The notes under the pieces were generated by a model. It saw only the letters and a program-made list of their open reading frames with translations, made no database searches and had not been told where the DNA came from. Shown piece after piece: positions 30,260 to 40,637 of a stretch of 64,000 bases of DNA. This DNA comes from Lachnospiraceae bacterium (GTDB taxonomy: Bacteria > Bacillota > Clostridia > Lachnospirales > Lachnospiraceae), in assembly GCA_022792835.1 (NCBI GenBank), contig JAAWBT010000035.1:610-64609 (forward strand), written 5' to 3'. The position numbers and the translations under genes were made by a program. Numbering within the stretch: position 1 is the first letter of the stretch; the number at the start of each line of letters is the position of its first letter.

Positions 30260-31462
30260 TCAAAGCCGGCTTCTCTCCAAAAGCTCTGCCGCTCCTTCTG
30301 TCTCTCCCAAAAGCCCATAGACATTGGAAAAAATCATCACCTCTGTCTGAAAAGCCCCTCCGGCCCGCGCCTGCAGATAGAACCTGGCCCGCTCCGTCAC
30401 ATGCCTCATGGCCGCCTCCAGGAATCCGGCTTCTTTTAAGATCCGGAGTCCCTCGTCCGTAGTCACTGCCTTTAAGACTTCCGACAGTACCGAAAGAGGC
30501 GTCCCGGCCCGGATGGCCGCCGCCGCCAGAAGCTCCATGCGGCTGTCCGCATTTCTGGAATGAGTATTCATAATCCCGCCGGAAAGCTTGATAAATTTCC
30601 CGATATGCCCGATGAACAAAAGCCCTTTCGCCCCCAGTTCTGCCGCAAAATCCACTGTCTCGCCGATGAAGTTGCTGCACTTCATGGTCCGCTCTGTGTC
30701 CACCCCCAGCTCGTTTCTGGAAAAAACCGTCCCGTAATTTCCCGGAATCACCACCAGATACCCATTTCCCCGTTTTAATTGAACTTTCATCTCCACTTTT
30801 ATAGAATTAATCAGGGCAGACTCACTCATAGGCTCCACAATCCCCGTTGTCCCTAAAATAGAGATCCCGCCCAGAATACCGATTCTCGGATTGAAGGTTT
30901 TCTGTCCGATTTCCTCACCCTTTGGCACAGATACCGTGACCTTAAGGCTCCCCTCAAAGCCATAAACCAAACAGACCTCCAAAACCGCCTCCCGGATCAT
31001 CTGCTTTGGCACACAGTTGATCGCTGCCGCCCCCACCGGCTGTTCCAGACCGGGAAGAGTGACCCGTCCCACGCCTTCGCCGCCGTCAATTATGATCTCC
31101 GGGACTCTCCTGCCGTCTGCTGCTTCAGGAACCTCTTCTGACTCACCCTCTTTTTCCCGCCCGGAACCTCTCTCCCGGCCGCCATATTCCACACGTGTAC
31201 AGATCAACAGGCCGTCCGTCACATCCGGGTCGTCCCCGCCGTCCTTCCTCACTCCGCAGCTCACAAATCCCTCTCCCCGAACCACCTCTTCCACGTCCAG
31301 TTCAAGTCTGATTCCTTTTGGCGTCATAAGCTCCACCTGGGAGACCCTTCTGCCTCCAAAAAGCATCTCGGCCGCCGCCTTCGCCGCAGCCGCTGCCGAA
31401 GAACCGGTGGTATAGCCGCACCGCAGCCGCTTATTCCGTTTTACCACATATTCCTCAAACAC
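30260..31462 (-). CDS. cbiD: Cobalt-precorrin-5B C1-methyltransferase
   Basis: LRCGYTTGS, KDGGDDPDVT, TFNPRIGI.GGISILGTTG, THS; GTG start at 31462 behind GGAGGAG. Confidence 0.95.
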   Translation of the reverse strand: MFEEYVVKRNKRLRCGYTTGSSAAAAAKAAAEMLFGGRRVSQVELMTPKGIRLELDVEEVVRGEGFVSCGVRKDGGDDPDVTDGLLICTRVEYGGRERGSGREKEGESEEVPEAADGRRVPEIIIDGGEGVGRVTLPGLEQPVGAAAINCVPKQMIREAVLEVCLVYGFEGSLKVTVSVPKGEEIGQKTFNPRIGILGGISILGTTGIVEPMSESALINSIKVEMKVQLKRGNGYLVVIPGNYGTVFSRNELGVDTERTMKCSNFIGETVDFAAELGAKGLLFIGHIGKFIKLSGGIMNTHSRNADSRMELLAAAAIRAGTPLSVLSEVLKAVTTDEGLRILKEAGFLEAAMRHVTERARFYLQARAGGAFQTEVMIFSNVYGLLGETEGAAELLERSRL

Positions 31463-31527
31463 AGGCGGCTCCTCCAATCGTTTTGTCCGGAAGAAAACTT
31501 TCTATATCCTATAAGAGAAAATAAGAG

Positions 31528-31551
31528 AAAAAACTGCTGAATCCTCAGCAG
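31528..31551 (-). terminator. Intrinsic terminator in cob operon leader
   Basis: Minus strand CTGCTGA-ggat-TCAGCAG-TTTTTT. Confidence 0.65.
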
Positions 31552-31587
31552 CCAAAGCACCTCATACTGCAATTTTCATCCACAAAC

Positions 31588-31616
31588 AGTTTAGCAAAAG
31601 ACACCCTCTTTGTCAA
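31588..31616 (-). promoter_or_regulatory. sigmaA promoter facing cob operon
   Basis: TTGACA-17nt-TAAACT with extended TG. Confidence 0.75.
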
Positions 31617-31633
31617 TGAAGGACAAATTCTGC

Positions 31634-31662
31634 TTGCCCTTCTTTTCTGCTTTCGATATACT
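31634..31662 (+). promoter_or_regulatory. sigmaA promoter of luxS
   Basis: TTGCCC-17nt-TATACT. Confidence 0.55.
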
Positions 31663-31715
31663 TATACTGTCAAGATGGATTTTCTATACGACCACAAGAA
31701 AGGACCACAATCATT

Positions 31716-32195
31716 ATGGAAAAAATCGCCAGCTTTACGGTAAATCACCTGACCTTACTTCCGGGTCTTTACGTTTCCCGCAAGGACCATGTGGGGGATC
31801 ATGTCATCACCACCTTTGACATCCGCATGACCCGCCCCAACTACGAACCGGTCATGAACACTGCAGAACTTCACACCATCGAACATCTGGGCGCCACCTT
31901 CCTCCGAAACCATCCGGTTTATGGAGACAAAACCATCTACTTCGGACCAATGGGGTGCCGGACCGGCTGTTATCTTCTGCTGGCCGGAGATTACGAATCC
32001 AGAGACATTGTCCCGCTGATTCGGGAAATGTTCACCTTTATCCGGGATTTCAGCAGCGAGGTGCCCGGTGCCAGAGCCAGGGACTGCGGCAACTATCTGG
32101 ACATGAATCTGCCTATGGCCAATTACCTGGCAAACCGTTATCTGACACAGGTACTTGAGAACATTGGAGAAGAGCGGCTTGTTTATCCGGAATAG
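31716..32195 (+). CDS. luxS: S-ribosylhomocysteine lyase
   Basis: SF.V.H, HTIEH, GPMGCRTG, CGNY. Confidence 0.97.
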   Translation: MEKIASFTVNHLTLLPGLYVSRKDHVGDHVITTFDIRMTRPNYEPVMNTAELHTIEHLGATFLRNHPVYGDKTIYFGPMGCRTGCYLLLAGDYESRDIVPLIREMFTFIRDFSSEVPGARARDCGNYLDMNLPMANYLANRYLTQVLENIGEERLVYPE

Positions 32196-32262
32196 TCCCC
32201 CTGATAAACTATGACGCCCCGTAGAAGATTCTGAATTCTTTTTTGTATGGAAACCGAGCAGC

Positions 32263-32314
32263 AAAAAAATCCGCGGGAATCCTGTCTGAAGGCAGGGGAT
32301 TCCCGCGGATTTTT
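32263..32314. terminator. Bidirectional terminator between luxS and traX-like gene
   Basis: AAAAATCCGCGGGAATCC...GGATTCCCGCGGATTTTT perfect inverted repeat. Confidence 0.85.
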
Positions 32315-32327
32315 ATAAAAACAGGCC

Positions 32328-33035
32328 TTAACGAAACAAATAATAATCCAGAGCGGCCAGCAACAAAAGATGTACCGGATAAAAACAATAAAAGAAATAT
32401 TTTTGTGCCAGTTCTCCTCCTCTGCTCTTTGATCTCCTGCCTCCCTTCTCTCCGTTATACAGGAGAATGAGCGGCAGGGCCGCTATGCCGTACACCTCCA
32501 GCCCGCCCATGAAAGCCATGAGAAGACCCGTGCTTATGCACATGGCCAGAGGCCGGAACCGGAAAAAATAAAACAAATAGATCATCAATACCCCCTCTGC
32601 CCCGTAATCACAGCGGATGAGAAAGGCCAGGCACAGCATAGAGACCACAGCCATAACCGCATAAATGGGCTGGGTATTGGCCAAAAATCGGTTATACAGA
32701 TATAACAGCAAAAGGCCGATGAACAAAGTAAAAAATACATTCTGGTAATCCGTGTACCAAAGCCTCCGAAACACAACCAGGTCAAAAGGGATCTCGGGGA
32801 TCAGCGCAAAAAGCCCCAGACGGAACAGATATTTTTTTACGTCACGGGTGTGAGAAAAGCCTTCTACCAAAAGAAAACAGAAGATGGGAAATGCCAGGCG
32901 TCCGACAATCCTCATAGTCCTCCACACTTCCACCGGGGTCCCTGCTGAAAGAACCAGCCCCAGATGGTCAATGAACATGGTGACAATGGCGATCCATTTC
33001 AAAGTCCTACTGCTTAAAATTTTTTTCCGTTCCAC
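32328..33035 (-). CDS. TraX-family membrane protein (putative acyltransferase)
   Basis: LKWIAI.TMFIDH, GRLAFPIF, EGF.HT, QNVFFTL, DYG, YNGEKG, FY.FYPVHL. Confidence 0.88.
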   Translation of the reverse strand: MERKKILSSRTLKWIAIVTMFIDHLGLVLSAGTPVEVWRTMRIVGRLAFPIFCFLLVEGFSHTRDVKKYLFRLGLFALIPEIPFDLVVFRRLWYTDYQNVFFTLFIGLLLLYLYNRFLANTQPIYAVMAVVSMLCLAFLIRCDYGAEGVLMIYLFYFFRFRPLAMCISTGLLMAFMGGLEVYGIAALPLILLYNGEKGGRRSKSRGGELAQKYFFYCFYPVHLLLLAALDYYLFR

Positions 33036-33041
33036 GTCGTT

Positions 33042-34892
33042 TTATTCCTCTTTCTCTGTCAATACTTCCTTCTCTGTCCGCACATCCTTCTTTGCCGTCT
33101 CTTTTTTTCCGTTTCCCCCTCTTCCCTCAGAAAGAAGCACCACGATGCTCCTGGCTTCCATTTCAAAAGTTTCCTGATTGGAAAGAAGTTCCGGCTCCTC
33201 AAAAATCCCGTTCCGGTCCTCCCTGGACGTGTCCACCGCCAGACACCATTTCCCGTCCGTATGGGGGATGGAGAAGGTATGGGGCTCCCAGTGCATGTTG
33301 AGCATCAGATAGATGTCTTCATCCTCCGCAAATTTTCCACTATAATAAAGCCCAAGCTGCCGTCTGTAGGCCTCATACTGGGGATACCAGGGTGACTCCC
33401 CGTGAACGGAAAAATCCGGACAGCCCACCCCCAGATAATCCATTCCCTTAAGTCCTCCTTCTTTGTGGAGCATGGGATGTTCCTTCCTGAACTTTAACAT
33501 ATGACTGGCAAAGCGGAACACCTCCTCGCCAAGCCTCCCCTGCTTCCAGTTCACCCAGCCAATCGGGTTGTCCTGACAATAGACATTGTTGTTTCCATCC
33601 TGGGAATTTCCAAACTCATCTCCAGCCAGAATCAGGGGCATTCCCTGGGCCATGGCGAGAAGGAGCCAGGCATTTCTAAGCTGCTTTTTTCGAAGCTCCA
33701 GAATCTTCTTTTTTCTCACCGGCCCCTCTGCCCCGCAGTTCCAGCTGTAGTTGTAATCGGAGCCGTCCTTTCCCTGTTCTCCGTTGGCTTCATTGTGCTT
33801 TCTGTCATAGGAAACCATATCTGCCATGGTGAACCCGTTGGTATTTGCCATAAAATTGACCTTGCCAAAGACTCCGCCATTTTCTTTCATCTGATAAACC
33901 GCTGCATGGAGCATATCTTCGTCGCCCTTTAAAAGCCGGCGCATATCTGTCTGGAAATCCTCCCGATAACAGGCCAGGCGCCTTTTTCCAGAAAATGCAT
34001 CCCCCCCAAAGTCCCCGGCAAAAAGCTTCACCCCCGCGAGGGCCGGATCCTCCGCCGCCGCCCTGGCGTCAAAATTCCCCGAAATGTGAATGCCGTCCAC
34101 ATGATATTCCTGTACCCAGTGGCGCAGGCAGGCAAGCTGGAGGGCGGTGCCCATATCCTGTCCAAAGAAAAGTTCCACAGCAAGCTCCATCCCATTTTCA
34201 TGAAATGCTTTCACAAGCTCCTTAAACTGAATATCAGGCGTCTTTTCCCTTCCGCCCTTTACGCAGTACGAAGCCTTTGGCGCAAAGCAATAAGCCGGGC
34301 CATAGCCCCAGTAATTGAGCTTTCCGCTACCTGTACACTCCTTAAATTCATCTGGAAGCATGAGCTCTGTCATGGTAACCCCAAGGGTTTTCAGATAAGG
34401 AAGCTTTTCCACAATCCCGGCAAAGGTCCCTTTCTGTTTCACGCCGGAGGAAGGGTGTTTGGTAAACCCTCTCACATGGAGCCGGTAAAGGATGGTATCC
34501 TCAAAGGAATAACCGTAAAATGCATCCTTCCCCCAGTCAAAGTCCTCCCTCAAAAAACCGTAGCGGATGCCTCCTTCCGGCTCCCCCCATTTTTCCCGGC
34601 CCCTCACCACTGCCGCGCATACATCCTCCACAGGATGACCGTCCATGGAAAGGCTGTATTCATAAGCTGCCGGTTCAAAGCCGGAAAGAACCAGATATCG
34701 GATATTCCCAAGCCGGCATTCTTCTGGAAATGGAAACACTCCCGCCTCCCGCTCTCTGCCTCTTTTATACAAATGAAATAGGAGCGCTCCTTCTTTCTCT
34801 ACTGCGACTGACACATACACACGGCCGTTCTCCACCCGCGTCCCCAGCGGAAAAGGTCTTCCTCCTATCGCTTCTGCTTTTATCTTCCCCAC
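33042..34892 (-). CDS. GlgX/isoamylase-like GH13 protein with degenerate active site
   Basis: PFPLG, LHVRGFT, NYWGY, KHNEANGE...DG, SWNCG, GDEFGNSQ.GNNN.YCQDN; catalytic regions altered; GTG start behind AGGAGG. Confidence 0.85.
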   Translation of the reverse strand: MGKIKAEAIGGRPFPLGTRVENGRVYVSVAVEKEGALLFHLYKRGREREAGVFPFPEECRLGNIRYLVLSGFEPAAYEYSLSMDGHPVEDVCAAVVRGREKWGEPEGGIRYGFLREDFDWGKDAFYGYSFEDTILYRLHVRGFTKHPSSGVKQKGTFAGIVEKLPYLKTLGVTMTELMLPDEFKECTGSGKLNYWGYGPAYCFAPKASYCVKGGREKTPDIQFKELVKAFHENGMELAVELFFGQDMGTALQLACLRHWVQEYHVDGIHISGNFDARAAAEDPALAGVKLFAGDFGGDAFSGKRRLACYREDFQTDMRRLLKGDEDMLHAAVYQMKENGGVFGKVNFMANTNGFTMADMVSYDRKHNEANGEQGKDGSDYNYSWNCGAEGPVRKKKILELRKKQLRNAWLLLAMAQGMPLILAGDEFGNSQDGNNNVYCQDNPIGWVNWKQGRLGEEVFRFASHMLKFRKEHPMLHKEGGLKGMDYLGVGCPDFSVHGESPWYPQYEAYRRQLGLYYSGKFAEDEDIYLMLNMHWEPHTFSIPHTDGKWCLAVDTSREDRNGIFEEPELLSNQETFEMEARSIVVLLSEGRGGNGKKETAKKDVRTEKEVLTEKEE

Positions 34893-34923
34893 GCATTTCC
34901 TCCTTGTCATCACGCCAAAGCGT

Positions 34924-36750
34924 TTATCCTGCTGTCTCTCCTGCTGCGATTTTTGCTGCCAGCTCCTCCAGATACATCCACCGTTCCAGCTTTTCCTCAA
35001 GCCTCACCTCAAGCTGCGCCTTTTCCTCCATAAGCTGATTTAAGGCGCTGTAATCCGAAACCGCCGCCTCGATGGCTGTCTCCTTTCTGTCGATTTCTTC
35101 CTCCAGGGAATGGATTTCCTCCTCAATGGTCTCGAAATCCCGCTGTTCCTGATACGTGAATTTTAACTTTTTCGGACGGCTTCCCTGCTTTCGTTTGGCT
35201 GCATGACTTTCTGCCTCTGGCGTTTTCTTCCCGGCCATTATCCCTGAACCTTCTGCCTCTTTGCGTCTTTGTGAAGCCGCCTGATAATCGGTATAGCCTC
35301 CCTCGTACTGACGAACCATCCCACGGTTCTCAAAGGCAAAAATCCGGCGGGCCACCCGGTCCAGAAAATACCGGTCATGGGACACGGCGATAACGATACC
35401 CGGAAAATGGTCCAAATAATCCTCCAATATCATCAAGGTCCGGATATCCAGGTCATTGGTGGGCTCATCCAGGATCAGTACATTGGGCGCCTCCATCAAG
35501 ACCCGCAAAAGATAGAGTCTCCGCCGCTCCCCTCCAGAAAGCCGTTCGATGGCAGTATACTGCAAATCTGCCGGAAACAAAAACCGCTCCAGCATCTTGG
35601 AGGCGCTTACGCTCCCTTCCTCTGTCACCACAAACTCCGCCACATTCCGGATGTAGTCAATGACCTTGAGATTCCGATCCATGGATTCGTTTTCCTGGGA
35701 AAAATAGCCCAGCTTTACAGTCTGGCCCAGAACCACCTCCCCGGCGTCGGCCGCCTCAATCCCCATCAGAATTTTCATCAAAGTGGATTTGCCGCAGCCG
35801 TTTGGCCCCACGATCCCCACCCGGTCGTCTTTCAGAAAAATATACGTAAAATCCCTTACTAATTTTTTCTCTCCATAAGCTTTCGAGATGCCCTGGAGCT
35901 CCACTGTAGTCTTTCCCAGCCTGCTCTTTACGGAACTCAATTCCACAGTCCCGTCTGTCTGCGGCCCTTTCTGATCCCGAAGCTCCTCAAATCGTTTGAT
36001 ATGGGCTTTCTGTTTGGTAGACCTGGCTCTGGCTCCCCGCATCATCCAGGCAAGCTCTGTGCAAAGGAGGCTCTGCCTTTTCCGCTCTGAGGCCTGAGCT
36101 ATGGCCTCCCGCTCTGCCTTCCGCTCCAGAAAAGCCGAATATCCTCCCATATAGCTGTAAAATTTTCCCTTATCCAACTCCACAGTACGATTGCAGACAC
36201 TGTCTAAAAAGTACCGGTCATGGGTCACCATGACAAGGGCTCCTTTAAAACGTTTTAAATAATCCTCCAGCCATCCGGCCATCTCACTGTCCAGATGGTT
36301 GGTGGGCTCGTCCAAAACCAGGACGTCCGCCTCCGACAAAAGCACTGCCGCCAGCGCCGCCCGTTTCCTCTGTCCGCCGGAAAGCTCGCCTATGGGCTGG
36401 TAAAAATCCAAAAGCCCCAGAGTATTTAACATGGCCTTTGCCTGACTCTCCAACTCCCAGAGTTCCGCTTCCGTCTCCCGCCGTAAAAGTACCGAAGAAA
36501 GTACGGTTTCCTGCCTGTCAAAAACCGGCTCCTGGGACAGATAACAGAATTTTAACCCATTTCCCCGGACCACTTCTCCCCCGTCCGGCTCCAAAAGCCC
36601 TGCGATGATTTTTAACAGCGTGCTTTTTCCGGTTCCGTTGATCCCAATCACCCCAACCTTCTCCCCCATCCCAAGGGAAAAGGAAGTGTCGTCAAACAGA
36701 AGCCGTTCCGTATAGGATTTGGTCAGATGCTCTATAGTCAAAAGGTTCAT
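34924..36750 (-). CDS. uup: ABC-F ATPase, Uup-like
   Basis: Two ABC domains, [19 protein letters not shown] linker, C-terminal coiled coil ending RWMYLEE. Confidence 0.88.
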   Translation of the reverse strand: MNLLTIEHLTKSYTERLLFDDTSFSLGMGEKVGVIGINGTGKSTLLKIIAGLLEPDGGEVVRGNGLKFCYLSQEPVFDRQETVLSSVLLRRETEAELWELESQAKAMLNTLGLLDFYQPIGELSGGQRKRAALAAVLLSEADVLVLDEPTNHLDSEMAGWLEDYLKRFKGALVMVTHDRYFLDSVCNRTVELDKGKFYSYMGGYSAFLERKAEREAIAQASERKRQSLLCTELAWMMRGARARSTKQKAHIKRFEELRDQKGPQTDGTVELSSVKSRLGKTTVELQGISKAYGEKKLVRDFTYIFLKDDRVGIVGPNGCGKSTLMKILMGIEAADAGEVVLGQTVKLGYFSQENESMDRNLKVIDYIRNVAEFVVTEEGSVSASKMLERFLFPADLQYTAIERLSGGERRRLYLLRVLMEAPNVLILDEPTNDLDIRTLMILEDYLDHFPGIVIAVSHDRYFLDRVARRIFAFENRGMVRQYEGGYTDYQAASQRRKEAEGSGIMAGKKTPEAESHAAKRKQGSRPKKLKFTYQEQRDFETIEEEIHSLEEEIDRKETAIEAAVSDYSALNQLMEEKAQLEVRLEEKLERWMYLEELAAKIAAGETAG

Positions 36751-37508
36751 AGATCTATCACCAGCTCCACGGGACAGTGGTCGGAACCTGTGACCTCTGT
36801 ATGGATAGCAGCGTCCACAAGTTTCTCTTTCAGCGCTTCTGAGACCACAAAATAGTCGATCCGCCACCCGGCATTTTTCTCTCTGGCCTTAAACCGATAG
36901 GACCACCAGGAATAAATCCCCTCTTTGTCCGGATAAAAATAACGGAAAGTATCCACAAACCCAGCCTCAAGAAGCGCCGTAAACTTTCCCCGCTCCTCGT
37001 CAGTAAAACCGGCATTTTTCCGGTTGTTCTTTGGATTTTTCAGGTCAATCTCTTTATGAGCCACATTCAGGTCCCCGCAGAAAATCACCGGTTTTTTCTC
37101 CTCCAGCCCTTTCAGATAGCCAAGGAACGCATCCTCCCATTCCATGCGGTAAGGAAGTCTCGCCAGTTCATTCTGGGAATTGGGAGTATAGCAAGTCACC
37201 AGATAATACTTCGGATACTCCAGGGTAATGACCCGTCCCTCCCCGTCATGCTCCTCTTTTCCGATCCCATAAAAAACAGAAAGGGGCTCTTCTTTTGTAA
37301 AAACAGCAGTTCCCGAATAGCCCTTCTTCTGCGCATAATTCCAGTATTGATGATACCCCTCCACAGGAAGGTCGATCTGTCCTTTTTGAAGCTTCGTCTC
37401 CTGAAGACAAAAAATATCTGCATCTGCCTTTTTAAAATACGCTTCAAATCCCTTCGTCACGCAGGCCCTCAGACCGTTGACATTCCAGGAAATCATTTTT
37501 TTTGTCAT
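36747..37508 (-). CDS. exoA: Exodeoxyribonuclease III / AP endonuclease
   Basis: SWNVNG, LQETK, GDLNVAH, WWSYR, GWRIDY, SDHCP. Confidence 0.95.
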   Translation of the reverse strand: MTKKMISWNVNGLRACVTKGFEAYFKKADADIFCLQETKLQKGQIDLPVEGYHQYWNYAQKKGYSGTAVFTKEEPLSVFYGIGKEEHDGEGRVITLEYPKYYLVTCYTPNSQNELARLPYRMEWEDAFLGYLKGLEEKKPVIFCGDLNVAHKEIDLKNPKNNRKNAGFTDEERGKFTALLEAGFVDTFRYFYPDKEGIYSWWSYRFKAREKNAGWRIDYFVVSEALKEKLVDAAIHTEVTGSDHCPVELVIDL

Positions 37509-37663
37509 ATAAAATCCCTCCAAATTTTATTATAAACGATGCGAAGTGTGCGTTCAACACAAAATATAAGAAAGTTTCTCTTGCAAAATACACATTTTCC
37601 TGTAAAATAAGACTTGTTGTGAGATACATCTGCGGATAATTTAAAATAAGAAAGGATTTTTCT

Positions 37664-39304
37664 ATGATCAGTGCAAACAACATCACGCTCCGTATTGGAA
37701 AAAAGGCGCTCTTCGAGGATGTAAATATCAAATTTACGGAAGGAAACTGCTATGGCCTCATCGGGGCCAACGGCGCAGGGAAGTCCACCTTCTTAAAAAT
37801 TCTCTCCGGACAGTTGGAGTCCACCAAAGGGGACATTGCCATTACCCCCGGCCAGAGGCTTTCTTTTTTACAGCAGGACCATTTTAAATATGATGACTGT
37901 GTGGTCCTTGATACGGTCATGATGGGGAATCCCCGCCTGGTGGAGATCATGAAGGAAAAGGACGCCATTTACGCCAAGCCGGACTTCTCCGATGAGGACG
38001 GCATCCGCGCAGCGGATCTGGAGGCAGAATTCGCCAATATGAACGGATGGGAGGCAGAGTCTGACGCTGCCACTCTCTTAAACGGTCTCGGAATCGGCCC
38101 GGAACTCCATTACTCTTTAATGAAGGACCTGGTGGGCAACGATAAGGTGAAAGTGCTCTTGGCCCAGGCTCTTTTTGGAAATCCTGATATCCTGCTCCTG
38201 GACGAGCCCACCAACCATCTGGATTTGGACGCCATTGCATGGCTGGAGGAATTTCTGATCAATTTCGACAATACGGTGATCGTCGTGTCCCATGATCGGT
38301 ACTTTTTGAACAAGGTCTGCACTCATATCGCGGACATTGACTATGCGAAGATCCAGCTCTATGCCGGAAACTATGACTTCTGGTATGAATCCAGCCAGCT
38401 GATGATCAAGCAGATGAAGGAAGCCAACAAGAAAAAAGAAGAAAAAATCAAGGAACTGCAGGAATTCATCCAGCGGTTCTCCGCCAATGCTTCCAAATCC
38501 AAGCAGGCCACATCCAGGAAACGAGCTCTGGAAAAAATTCAGCTGGACGAGATCAGGCCTTCCAGCCGGAAATATCCCTATATTGATTTCCGCCCCGAAC
38601 GGGAGATTGGAAACGAAGTCCTGGTGGTGGAAAACCTGTCCAAGACCATAGACGGGGTCAAGGTGCTTGATCATCTTTCCTTCATCCTTGGCCGTAACGA
38701 CAAAGTAGCTTTCGTGGGTTCTGACGAGCTTGCCAAGACCACCCTCTTCCAGATTTTGGCCGGAGAAATGGAACCTGATGAGGGCACCTACAAATGGGGC
38801 GTCACCACCTCCCAGGCTTATTTCGCCAAAGACAATACAAATGAATTTGACAATGACTTAACCATCGTGGACTGGCTCACCCAGTTCTCCCCGGTCAAGG
38901 ACGTGACCTATGTCCGCGGCTTTTTGGGACGGATGCTCTTTGCCGGAGACGACGGTGTAAAAAAGGTGAGGGTGCTCTCTGGAGGTGAAAAAGTCCGCTG
39001 CCAGCTCTCCAAGATGATGATCCAGGCCACCAACATTTTGATTTTGGACGAACCGACCAACCATCTGGATATGGAGTCCATCACCGCCTTAAACAACGCT
39101 TTAATCAAATATCCCGGTGTGGTGCTTTTCTCCTGCCATGACCACCAGTTTGTCCAGACCACAGCCAACCGGATCATGGAGCTGACCCCCAGCGGCCTCA
39201 TCGACAAGATTACCACCTATGACGAATATCTGGAAAGCGACGAGATGGCCAGAAAACGCCAGAAAAGCTACAGTCTCTCCGCTTCCGACGCACAGGACAA
39301 TTAA
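37664..39304 (+). CDS. ABC-F ATPase, YbiT/YkpA-like
   Basis: GANGAGKST, RFSANASKSKQATSR linker, second ABC domain with degenerate Walker A. Confidence 0.9.
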   Translation: MISANNITLRIGKKALFEDVNIKFTEGNCYGLIGANGAGKSTFLKILSGQLESTKGDIAITPGQRLSFLQQDHFKYDDCVVLDTVMMGNPRLVEIMKEKDAIYAKPDFSDEDGIRAADLEAEFANMNGWEAESDAATLLNGLGIGPELHYSLMKDLVGNDKVKVLLAQALFGNPDILLLDEPTNHLDLDAIAWLEEFLINFDNTVIVVSHDRYFLNKVCTHIADIDYAKIQLYAGNYDFWYESSQLMIKQMKEANKKKEEKIKELQEFIQRFSANASKSKQATSRKRALEKIQLDEIRPSSRKYPYIDFRPEREIGNEVLVVENLSKTIDGVKVLDHLSFILGRNDKVAFVGSDELAKTTLFQILAGEMEPDEGTYKWGVTTSQAYFAKDNTNEFDNDLTIVDWLTQFSPVKDVTYVRGFLGRMLFAGDDGVKKVRVLSGGEKVRCQLSKMMIQATNILILDEPTNHLDMESITALNNALIKYPGVVLFSCHDHQFVQTTANRIMELTPSGLIDKITTYDEYLESDEMARKRQKSYSLSASDAQDN

Positions 39305-39336
39305 ATTTCTGGCTCATTCCAATTCCCTTCAAAATG

Positions 39337-39374
39337 TTCTGCCCGTGGGACGATCACCGGTCACACGGGCAGAA
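39337..39374. terminator. Hairpin between convergent genes
   Basis: TTCTGCCCGTG...CACGGGCAGAA. Confidence 0.65.
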
Positions 39375-39404
39375 TTCTCAATTCATTTATCCATTAGCTG
39401 ATTC

Positions 39405-40637
39405 TCAGCCGGTCCTTCCGGCTCTCCTTGCCTCTTTCTTTTCTTCCATTTTGCTCACGATAATCGCACAGGCCGCGTCGCCGGTGATATTGACTGTGGT
39501 ACGTCCCATATCGAAAATACGGTCCACGCCTGCCACTAAGGCGATGCCTTCCACCGGCAGACCCACGCTCTGAAGCACCATAGCCAGCATGACCATACCT
39601 GCGCCGGGAACACCTGCTGTACCGATGGAAGCCAGGGTCGCTGTCAGAATGATGGTTAACTGCTGGGGCAGCGTCAGGGATATGCCGAAGCAGGAGGCGA
39701 TAAAGATCGCACACACACCCTGATAGATAGCCGTACCGTCCATATTGATGGTGGCGCCAAGGGGCAGCGTAAAAGCTGCAATATCTTTCTTTGCTCCCAA
39801 TTTCTCCGAACACTCAATGTTTAAGGGCAGAGCTCCCACGGAAGAGGAGCTGGAGAAGGCCATCATCATGGCTGGAAGCATTCCCTGAAAGAACTTGATG
39901 GGACTCAGTCCCCCCATCAGCTTCACGGTGGAAGAATAAACGAGGACTGCGTGAAGAATGTAACCGATGTATGCCACAAGCAGTACCATCGCCAGACTTC
40001 CCAGAATCATAGGTCCGTTTTCTGCAACCACGGGAGTGATCAGGGCGAACACACCGATGGGGCTTAAAGCGATGATAAAGGACATAATCTTCATGGAAAC
40101 TTCACTGGCACTTTCCATAAACTTGCCGAATGCTTCCCCCTTCTCTCCCGCCAGGATAATGCCGAATCCAAAGAACAGAGACGCCACAATCACCTGCAGC
40201 ATGGTCGCACTGGCAAAAGGCTCAATAATGTTGCTGGGGAAAATCGCAACAATGGTATCCATGATGCTGGGTGCTTCTTTTGCCTCATATTCCAGGCCGG
40301 AAACCGCCAGCTCCGGAAATACTCCTTTAAAAACATTGGCCAAGACCAGGCCGATGACGATGGCAAAAGCTGTGGTGCACAGATAAAAAATGACTGTCTT
40401 TACGCCTATGCTCCCCACCTTGCGGATATCCTTCATGGAGATTACGCCGCTGATGATGGAGAAAAACACAATAGGCACGACAATAAACTTGATCAGGTTC
40501 AGGAAGATCGTACCAAAAGGCTTTATGTAATCGACAGCGATCTCCGGCGCCCCCATAAGACATAAACCTGCGACAATCCCCAGTGCCAGACCGATAAAAA
40601 TTTGAAGCGGCAGTGCAATTCGTTTCTTTTTTTCCAT
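39405..40637 (-). CDS. Dicarboxylate/amino acid:cation symporter (DAACS)
   Basis: AFSSSSS, PLGATINMDG, SIGTAGVPG, DRIFDMGRTTVNITGD. Confidence 0.95.
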   Translation of the reverse strand: MEKKKRIALPLQIFIGLALGIVAGLCLMGAPEIAVDYIKPFGTIFLNLIKFIVVPIVFFSIISGVISMKDIRKVGSIGVKTVIFYLCTTAFAIVIGLVLANVFKGVFPELAVSGLEYEAKEAPSIMDTIVAIFPSNIIEPFASATMLQVIVASLFFGFGIILAGEKGEAFGKFMESASEVSMKIMSFIIALSPIGVFALITPVVAENGPMILGSLAMVLLVAYIGYILHAVLVYSSTVKLMGGLSPIKFFQGMLPAMMMAFSSSSSVGALPLNIECSEKLGAKKDIAAFTLPLGATINMDGTAIYQGVCAIFIASCFGISLTLPQQLTIILTATLASIGTAGVPGAGMVMLAMVLQSVGLPVEGIALVAGVDRIFDMGRTTVNITGDAACAIIVSKMEEKKEARRAGRTG

